This document shows positions 46,944 to 55,755 of a DNA stretch of 55,755 nucleotides, in pieces. The first letter of the stretch is position 1, and each line of letters starts with the position of its first letter. The DNA comes from Chiloscyllium plagiosum (lineage: Eukaryota): assembly GCF_004010195.1 (NCBI RefSeq), contig NC_057718.1, positions 1,199,332-1,255,086 on the forward strand. The letters are read 5' to 3'. A model generated the notes under the pieces. It did no database searches. It was given only the letters and a program-made list of their open reading frames with translations, and was not told the DNA's origin. The position numbers and the translations under genes are program-made.

Positions 46944-47765
46944 GAATGTATTGAAGCCTGCAAAGTGGACAAGACCCTCGAATCTCCAATCTATCCTGGA
47001 AATGGCCACCTGCAGCCAATTGAAGAAAGCATCAGGAATTATGTTATGGGCCATTTCCGCTGGAATAAATTTGGGAAAAAAAGAGGCAATAACACTGAGA
47101 TTTCAGACAACAAACGAGAAGATGAACCTGTTCTGGCATTCCTGAATAACCTCCCTGCTATAGAGTCCCAGACCTCTCAGATAGAAGGTGAGGAGATGGA
47201 AATTCCATTTCCTAGGGAGGATGATAAGAGATCCTACTCTATGGAACATTTTCGCTGGGGGAAGCCAATGGGCAGGAAGAAGAGGCCTATTAAAGTCTAC
47301 CCAAATAGCTTTGATGATGATTCATTGGAGAACATGAGTCCTGAACTGAAGCGTGAAGCATCTGTTGATTTTGACTACCCAGTAAAGCCTACTGAAGTAG
47401 GTGAAGAGGAGATGCTGGAAGATCTCAAGAAGAAAGAGAAGAAGAATTACAAAATGAACCATTTCAGGTGGGGCAGGGGACCACAGAGTTTAGGTCCTGA
47501 CGGTATGCATCTCCAGCCATTGCAGTTTCTAAACACTGAAGATGTGCGCCAGGAAAACATGGACAATGGCTTCCCTGAACAAGAGGCGAAAAAAGATGAG
47601 GAAGATTACAATTTTGGCCACTTCCGATGGAGTGTACCACTGAAAGACAAGCGTTACGGAGGCTTTATGAAGTCTTGGGATGAGAGAGATCAAAAGCCAC
47701 TTCTGACTCTCTTCAGGAATGTCATTGTCAAAGATGACCATGAGAAGAAGGCTGAAAATCAATAG
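46944..47765 (+). CDS. POMC: Proopiomelanocortin, exon 3 CDS (273 aa plus stop; full precursor 316 aa)
   Basis: Acceptor ttgttcttcacag|GAA. The translation contains four HFRW melanocortin cores, SYSMEHFRWGKP (ACTH/alpha-MSH) and KR-YGGFM (beta-endorphin), and ends at TAG 47763-47765. Confidence 0.99.
   Translation, partial: ECIEACKVDKTLESPIYPGNGHLQPIEESIRNYVMGHFRWNKFGKKRGNNTEISDNKREDEPVLAFLNNLPAIESQTSQIEGEEMEIPFPREDDKRSYSMEHFRWGKPMGRKKRPIKVYPNSFDDDSLENMSPELKREASVDFDYPVKPTEVGEEEMLEDLKKKEKKNYKMNHFRWGRGPQSLGPDGMHLQPLQFLNTEDVRQENMDNGFPEQEAKKDEEDYNFGHFRWSVPLKDKRYGGFMKSWDERDQKPLLTLFRNVIVKDDHEKKAENQ
47037..47072 (+). other. gamma-MSH peptide (NYVMGHFRWNKF, followed by G-KKR)
   Basis: YVMGHFRW core in the N-terminal region; the trailing G plus basic residues form an amidation/cleavage signal. 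Confidence 0.9.
47232..47348 (+). other. ACTH(1-39); alpha-MSH is 47232-47270
   Basis: KR-SYSMEHFRWGKPMGRKKRPIKVYPNSFDDDSLENMSPEL-KR, exactly 39 residues between dibasic sites. Confidence 0.97.
47436..47471 (+). other. delta-MSH (EKKNYKMNHFRW-G-R), chondrichthyan-specific
   Basis: Additional HFRW core located between ACTH and beta-MSH, preceded by KKK and followed by GR. Confidence 0.9.
47595..47648 (+). other. beta-MSH (DEEDYNFGHFRWSVPLKD)
   Basis: KK-...FGHFRWSVPL...-KR immediately before beta-endorphin; FGHFRWSVPL is the shark-type sequence. Confidence 0.93.
47655..47762 (+). other. beta-endorphin (36 aa to the stop, internal KK near the C-terminus)
   Basis: YGGFMKSWDERDQKPLLTLFRNVIVKDDHEKKAENQ with a Met-enkephalin core. 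Confidence 0.96.
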
Positions 47766-48205
47766 ATTGGCAAACCCTAATGAAGATTCTTAGCTGTATG
47801 ATATAGGAGCAGTCTATAGATCTACAATAACAATTCTAAGAAGCTGTTGTTGAACCAGAAAGGAACCTGTGCAATGTACCTTGTGCGGTTTACTGTATGT
47901 AGCAATCAATAAAAGAGTTAATATTGTACATAAAGGCTTCAACGAGTCTGCGACCCAATCATGGGCTGTGCAAAGATTTTCCTATTTATTGAGCTGTACA
48001 ATATGTAAATGAAGGATGGAAAATACATTCTTTTTTGCAAACCAAGTCAATCTCCTGGGATGTGATTATTTTTATGTAGATTATGTTGTAAAATGGGTTG
48101 TGCAGCCCTTCATTCCACTAATTACATGCCAAAGTTGTGTATTTTACAGATTATGCAAATCCCCTAACTTTAGGAATAAACAATAAAGTAGCAAAAGTCC
48201 ATGCA
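47766..48205 (+). terminator. POMC 3'UTR with polyadenylation signals
   Basis: AATAAA at 47908-47913 and tandem AATAAA at 48175-48180 and 48182-48187; TE sequence resumes at about 48250. Confidence 0.7.
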
Positions 48206-48249
48206 ATTCCTCCCAGTGCCTAGAGTATGAGAAAGAGGAACATTTTTAA

Positions 48250-51200
48250 AACTCATTCAGGGGTTTGGGATTTGCTGATTGGGATCTGACATTTATTGCT
48301 TGTCCATAATATCTGGAGGAAGTGGTGGTGAGCTGTCTTATTGGTCTGCTGTGGTTCATGTGGTGTTGCTACAACTGGAGTGATGTGTTCTAGGATTTTG
48401 ACTCAGTGATACTGAAGAAATAGCGATATAGTTTCAAGCAAAGATGGAGTGGGGGGACTTCGAGGAAAGCTTGCAGCTGGAATCAGCCCTCAGCCCTTCA
48501 AGATTATTCCAACATTAAATAAGATCAAAGCTGATCATCTACCTCAATATCATTTTCCGTATTATTACTGCATGCCTTGACATCTTCAATATCTATAAAT
48601 CCATCAATCTCAGCCTTGACCATACTGAATGTCTGAACCATATGATCCCCTACATGGAGAATTCCAAAGATTCAACACCTTCTGTTTAAAAGAATTGTTT
48701 CTCATCCCAGTTCAAAAAGTCTCACACTTTATTCTAAGACTGTGTCCCGAGTTCTAGACTCCCAGCTGGAGAATCCTTTTTCTTGCATCCAAGATTATCT
48801 CTACTTCTAAACTCCAGAGAATATACACCCAGCCCATTTAATCTTTCCTAGTAGCACCATATTTCCACCCCAGGATGTGGTTTTCAGAACTAATGCGGCA
48901 CTCCCTCAATGGCAAATAAACCATTTCCCTCGGCAAGGAGTTCAAACGACATAGAATATACTACACGTGGTCATACCAAGACTCTACATAATACATAATT
49001 TCACTAGTTTTATATTCAAATCCTCTTGCAATAAAGCCAACAATTTTTTTAAATGCCTGCTGTGCCTTCTTGTTAACTTTCAGTGATCAATGAGCAAGGA
49101 AAATAAAATCTCTTCGAAATTCAACACCTCCCACTCTCACCATTGAAGAAATTCTTTGTCTTTCTGTTTTCCTGCCAAAGTGGGGCACCTCACATTTCTC
49201 AACATTCTACTTCATCTGCCAAATTTTTGCCCATTCATTTAGACTCTCCAAATCCCTTTGAAGTATCTTTGCAACCTTCTCACATTTAGTTTTATGTCAT
49301 CTGCAAACTTGGAAGTATTATATGATTCCCACATCTAAATCATTGACATATATTCTGAAAAGCTATAGTCCAAGCATTGGTCCTTGCCTGGCCTCACTTG
49401 TCACAACCTGAAAATAACCAATTTATGCCCAAACTATTTTCTATCAATTGCCTAGTTCATAATTCTTGACAATACATTCCCCCTAATTCCATGTGCTTTA
49501 ATTTTGATAATTAACCTCTTGTTCTGAACCTTATCAAAACTTTTCTGAATTCTAAACATAACCACGTCTATCATTTCCCCTTTATCTATTCTTCTGATTA
49601 GATATTCAAAAAAACTCCAACAAGTTTATTAAATGTGATTTCCCTTTCATAAATCTAGGTTGACTCTGCCCAATTGTACCATCATTTTCTGAGTATTTTG
49701 TAAGAAAATTCTTCATCAAAAGTTCTAGCAGAATCTCTATTCTTGATAATAATGAAATAAGACATAACAACACAAAACCAAGGAGCGGAACGAGACCATT
49801 CAGCCCATTGGGTCTGCTCTGCCATTCAATGAGATCGTGGCTGATCTATTAACCCTCAACCCCATTTTCCTGCCTTTTAACAATTACCCACGATTCCCTT
49901 ATTGATTAAAAATCTGTCTACCCCAGCCTTGAATAGACTTAATGACTCAGCCTTGACAATCTGTGGTAAAGAATTCTGCAAATTCAGAACCTTCTGAGGT
50001 AAGAAGTTCCTCCTCATTTCTGTCTTAAATGAGTGACCCTTTATTCTGAGATCATACCCACCCAGTTCTGGACTGTCCTACATAGAAAGTAATATTTTCA
50101 CATCTAGGAATTTTGTATGTTTCAATAAGATTGCTCTCATTTTTCTCTGAACTTTTTTGGACTGCCTCCAATGTCTTTCCTTAGAGAAAGGACCCAAAGC
50201 TATCTCACAGTATTTCAGCTGCAGTCTTACCAGTGTCTTGTACAGTTTTAGTAAAATCTCCCTACTTTTATATTCTATTTCTTCTGAAATAAGGGCCAAT
50301 ATTTGACTTGCTTTTCCAATGTCTGCTGAATGCTCGCATTTTGTGATTCATGGATGAGGATGTCCAAATCCCTCAATTCCGTAGCTTTCTGCAGTCTTTT
50401 TCTATTTAAATAACATTCAGCTCTTCTATTCCTCCTGCCAAAGTGCACAACATCACATCATGCTGATATGCTATCTCCAACAGTATGGGCTCTTATTAAG
50501 TAGTCTAATGTGTGGCACCAAATCAAACACCTTCTGAAATTCCAAATATATTACATCTAATGTTTCCCCTTTAACAATCCTGTTTGTTATCTTCTTGAAA
50601 AAAATTGAGTAAATTTGTCAGTCATGATTTCCCCATCATGAAGCTATGTTGATTCTGCTTGGTCATATTATGCACCTCTAAATGCTCTGATATTACATCT
50701 TTTATAATTGACTTGGATATTTTCCTAAGAACAGACATTAAGCTAACTGGCCTGTAGTTATTTGTTTTTCATGCCCCTCCCTTTTTTATCTAAAGGTGTT
50801 AGATTGGCAGTTTTCCAATCTTCTGAAATATTTCCAGAATTTAAGGAATCCTAGAAAAGGCCAACCATTGCATCCACTATCTCTGCAGCTACTTCTAACA
50901 TCCTATGGTGCATCTCGGGTTCAAGGGATTTGTCAGTCTTTAGCCCTATTGATTTCCCTAGCACCTTTGCTCTAGTGATGGTTATTGTATATACTTGCTC
51001 TTCTTCTTTTGTCCTCAGAATATACAGTAATGTTGGCATGCCATTAGTGTCTTCTACTGTGAATACTGATGCAAAGTATTTATATCACACTAATATGTCA
51101 GTAGTTCCCTGTTTTCTAACTCTTTGCTTTCTTAAATAGTAGGATTATATTTGTCACTTTCTAATGTGCAGGCACCAACCAGAGTCGATAGAATTTTGAA

Positions 51201-51300
51201 AGATAATCATCAATACACCCACACCTCGAAAAGTCACATCTTTCAGCACTGAGATATTGATCATCAGGTCCAGGGGATTTATTTACTTTACATACCATTC
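48250..51300 (-). mobile_element. Old, heavily decayed CR1 fragments
   Basis: Minus-strand remnants such as LYKTLVRLQLKYC and LKTDKSLEPEMHHRML; catctgcaaactt (KFAD) motifs. Confidence 0.7.
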
Positions 51301-51479
51301 ATTTTTCTTCGGTGACTTTTACTAAACAATAGAAACACCATGAAATGTTTGGTTTACTCTGGCCGTTAGATTTTCCATCATTTAATGTTTTCTTTCATGA
51401 AACCTCTCTGCCATTTTCTTATGCCCTATTCCCCAAGTTATGAGTGGATCATCTATCTCAGTACCCACCAGAAGTCCCT

Positions 51480-52950
51480 AGCATTGCAATGCCAGTCTTT
51501 AGCCAATTCAATTCCCTCCATGCAATGTTGAGAAATGGCTGGATACCACAAAGGCTGGGAATCGAGGGGAAACCGCTCCACTGGTTGGAGTCATAACCTG
51601 CATAGAGGAAGATGGTTGTCATTGCTGGAGGTCAGTCATCTCAGCTTGAGAACATCTTGCAGAAATCCCTCAGAATAGTGTCCTAGGCCCAACAATCTTC
51701 AGCTACTTCATCAATGACCTTCTCTCCATCGCAAGGTCAGAAGTGGGAATGTTTGCTAATGACTGCATGATATTCAGCACTATTTGAGACTCCTCAGATA
51801 CTGAAGCAGTTCATGTACAAATGTCACATGACTTGGACAACATTCAAACTTTGGCTGACAAGTGGCAAGTAACATTTGTGCCACACAAGTGTCAGGCAAT
51901 GACCATCTTCAAAAGGAAAGAATCTACCCATCGCTCATTGGCATTCAATAGATTACCATTATTGATCCCCCACTTCAACATCCTGAGGGTTACCATTGAC
52001 CAGAACCTGAACTGGATTAGCCACATAAAAACAGTGGCTACAAGAGCTGGTCAGAGTCTAGGCCCTCTGTGGTGGGTAACTCACCTGCTGACTCCCCAAT
52101 GCCTGTGCACCGTCCACAAGGCTCAGGAGTATGATGAAGTACTCCCCATTTGTCTGGATCAGAGCAGCTTTAACAACACTTGAAGCTTGACACCATCTGG
52201 GACAAAGCATCTGATTGGCAGCCACTTGGTTAACACCTTATGTAACACTTTTAGTATTCATTCTCCACATCAGCAAAGTAAAGTAGGCTGCATTGTATAT
52301 TATCTACAATATGCCATGCAGAAACTCGCCCAGAGTTACTCCATAGCCACTTTCAAACCCATGGTGGCTCAGTGGTTAGCACTGCTGCCTCACAGCACCA
52401 GGGTCCCAGGTTCGATTCCCGCCTCGGGCGACTGTGTGGAGTTTACACATTCTCCCCGAGTCTGCATGGGTTTCCTCTGGGTGCTCCGGTTTCCTCCCAC
52501 AGTCCAAAAGATGTGCAGGGCAGGTAAATTGGCCATGCGAAATTGCCCATAGTGTTAGGTGCATTAGTCAGAGGGAAATGGGTCTGGGTGGGTTACTCTT
52601 TGGAGGGTCAGTGTGGACTTGTTGGACCGAAGGGCCTGTTTCCACACTGTAGGGAATCTAATCTATAACCTTTACCATTTTGAGACACTAGAATATCAGA
52701 TACATGAGAATCTGCAAGTCCCCCTCTAAGTCATTCACCTTTCTAACTTGGAAATATATCACAGTTCCCTATGTTGTTGGGTCAAACTCCTTGAACTCCT
52801 TCCCTAACAGCATGATGGGAGCCTCTACATCCCAAAGACTGTAGCAGTTCAGGAAGAAAGATGACCACAACATTCTCAATGGCAATTAGAGATTGGTAAT
52901 AAATTCATTTCTAGCCAGTAATGTCTATATTATGTGAATGAATAATTTAA
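51480..52950 (+). mobile_element. Second LINE family fragment with nested HE1 SINE (about 52360-52665)
   Basis: ADKWQVTFVPHKCQAMTI, similar to 6650-6950; SINE A and B boxes are present. Confidence 0.8.
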
Positions 52951-54269
52951 AAATTATAAATACTGTTCTGATTCTTCTTGTAATGGACCCACATTTATTT
53001 TCGTTAAATGTTTTCTTTTCACCTATTTATAGAAGTTTTTACAATTTATCTTTATGTTTTGTCCTGGTTTACTCTGTATTTTGACATTTTACCTTCCTTG
53101 ATATTTTTCTTGGCTCTTTTTTGCAGTATTTTAAAATGCAGACAATTCTCAGATGCATCCTTTTTGCAAGTTTATCTGGCTCTTCCTCTGATCTAATTGG
53201 AAATCTTATTAAAAACCAATGAAATTGTGATAGCTTCATCCGGAGGCTTACTGATGATGTTAACTAGTAAGGTGACGACACGTCTGAAAAGAGAACTTTA
53301 CAGCTCAGTGTGCAAACCTACATCCAAATTGTGATAGTGTTAAGTAGGTAGTTATATAATATAAGTTGAATGGACAATGAAATATGTCCAAGTCAGGGTA
53401 TGTGCGACTTTGAGAGAATCTCTCTTTTAATCAGCATATTCCAGATCACAACAACTTGCTGTATAAAAACACTCTCCTCATCATCTATCTAATTCCATTG
53501 CACCATTTACTCTATCACTTTGAAATTTTGAATACATCCAGTAAAAAGGTCCTTAACTTCATCTCCTTCAAAAACAATGAAGCTTCCATAACCTCTCAGT
53601 CCATCTGAAGTCTCTCATCTCCAGTACCATTATAGTAAAAATCATCTCTCCAAAGCTTTATGAATGTTCCAAAAATGGTTGTTCCAAGCCAAACACGATG
53701 TTCTTGCTGAGGCTTAACCATGACAAATTCAATCTAGAAGGACAAAGACAGCACATGTATAGGAACACAACCACCTGCAAGGTACCATCTAAGTCACCCA
53801 CCATCTTGACTTGGAGATGTATCATCATTCCTTCAGTGTTGCTGGATCAAAATTCTGGAAAATCCTCACCATTGTCATTATGGGTATACCTACAACATGT
53901 GGATTGCAGTCATCCAAGAAGACAAATCACCTTCATCTTCAGACTAGGCACTTTACAACCCTCTGGATTTAATACTGCATTCATTACATTCAGATTGTGA
54001 ACTGGCCCATTCCTTCCCTTTCTTTTAGCTTTACTTGTTGCATTCTTTGTCATCATGTCTTCCCTCCCCTCCCCCCACTCCAATGTTCTGTCTGTCCTTC
54101 CCAGTTTGGCAGTTAGACACACCATTGTTCTGCCATTCTCACAATCCGAAACTTAATCTGTACTATTAGCCACCTTCCCCCTCCCTGCCAGCACTCCAAT
54201 TCCAGCCCCCAATCCCCCAGTACTGCACAAATGCTGCCCCCTCCACACTTCACTCTGATGAATAGCGCA

Positions 54270-55755
54270 AGAGGATTCTGGGTAATCCAAGATGGAGGAT
54301 GGAAAAAAATTCTGGCTGTGATAGCTGCTCCTTCTTTTGAGGTATTTTTGGTGCTGGAGGTGATTTCCTCGAATTGCAGGAGCAGCAATTACCGTTTTAT
54401 ATGCTGTTGCATTGTTTTGGAACTTTGAAAAAAGTCAAAACAACAGCAGTTTTAAAAGGGAGAAGAACAGACAAAGGAAGCACATGGTGAGGACAGTGCA
54501 GGAGAGAGGGAGAGAGAGAACCTGCACAGTTACTGCCTTTGCTGTTTGAATTCGTGTATCGCTGGACATCGGATTGCATCTTGGAAAACTATCAAACAGT
54601 GAAATTAACAACTGATCTTGGAGGAACTGTTGGGCAAAGTTCACAGCACAGAATCAGATAAGTTAATCGTTCTTTTAAGTGTGGCACACAGAGAATCTGC
54701 AGTAGTGAGTAGAGTAGGTTCTTTCTTGATTATATGTTTTTGGAGATATGTCTCTTGATTAAACTTAAAATATAAGCCATAACTATTAATTTAACCTGGG
54801 ACAGTGTTTGTAGAGGAATGAGACGGTGTTATTTTCTGGGTCTGTAGATTGTGAAGGAGCAAAAATGGCCGTTAATAGAGTGATATGTACTTCTTGTCAG
54901 ATATGGGAGTTTAAAGAAAGTTTAAGGGTTACTGCAGATTATATCTGCCATAAATGTTGCTGGCTGCGAATCTTATCAGATCGAATGGATTGGTTGGAGA
55001 GACAGAAGCGATGAGGAATTTACAACAGCAACAGTATGTGATGGATGGCAGTTATAGGAAGGGGAGGAAAGTCTCAGATATAGTCACATAGATGGGTTAA
55101 CTCCAGGAAAGGCAAGAGAGGGGTAGGCAGCAAGTGCAGGAGTCTTTTATGGAGATACCCATTTCAAACAGGTATGCTGTTTTGGAAAATGTAAGGGGTT
55201 ATGGATTCTCAGGGGAACGTAGCACGAACAGCCAAGTTTCTAGTATTGAGACTGGTTCTAATGCAACGAGGGGTACGTTGGGGTCCAAGAGACCAATTGT
55301 GTGAGAGGATTCTCTAGTTCGAGATACAGACAGTCGCTTCTGTGGCCAGCAACGAAAAAGCAGATTGGTGTGTTGTTTCCCTGGTGCCAGGATCAAGGAT
55401 GTCTCAGAGAGGGTGCAGAATGTTCTCAAGGATGAGAGGGGCCAGCAAGAGGTCATTGTCCACATTGGAACCAATGACATAGGAAGGGAAAAAGTTGAGA
55501 TTCTGAAGGGAGATTATGGAGAGCTAGGCAGAAATTTAAAAAGGAGGTCCTTGAGAGTAGTAATATCTGGATTCATCCCAGTGCTACGAGCTAGTGAGGG
55601 CAGGAATAGGAGGATAGAGCAGATGAATGCATGGCTGAGGAGCTGGTGTATGGGGGAAGGATTCACATTTTTGGATCATTGGAATCTCTTTTGGGGTAGA
55701 AGTGACCTGTACAAGAAGGATGGATTGCACCTAAATTGGAAGGGGACTAATATAC
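54270..55755 (+). mobile_element. 5' end of a CR1 LINE: 5'UTR plus ORF1 (Cys motif and SGNH esterase), disrupted, runs off the window
   Basis: MAVNRVICTSCQIWE..CHKC, CFPGARIKDV, VHIGTNDIG and FWGRSDLYKKDGLHLNWKGT. The 5'UTR is also present as a fragment at about 36285-36590. Confidence 0.87.

Overview
Vertebrate genomic DNA from a cartilaginous fish, most likely a shark (four-MSH POMC plus HE1-type SINEs; the species cannot be fixed from sequence alone). The only host gene I can support is proopiomelanocortin (POMC) on the + strand. It has a TATA box at 9877, a non-coding exon 1 ending at 9955, exon 2 (CDS 17866-17994), exon 3 (CDS 46944-47765) and polyA signals at 47908, 48175 and 48182. The spliced precursor is 316 aa and contains gamma-MSH, ACTH/alpha-MSH, delta-MSH, beta-MSH and beta-endorphin. 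The introns (about 7.9 kb and 28.9 kb) and flanks are filled with decayed, often nested CR1, Rex1/Babar, Penelope-like, HE1 SINE and Gypsy elements, and there are three N gaps. Most notable: (i) a ~78-copy 26-bp minisatellite in intron 1 that appears to derive from a CR1 ORF1 esterase motif, shows an exact 286-bp higher-order period, and carries 55 perfect T-box half-sites next to a gene known in other vertebrates as a Tpit target; (ii) several minimal hammerhead-ribozyme motifs in Penelope termini inside the POMC introns; (iii) a variant RKKRP motif in ACTH and an internal KK in delta-MSH. TE boundaries were read by eye and are approximate.
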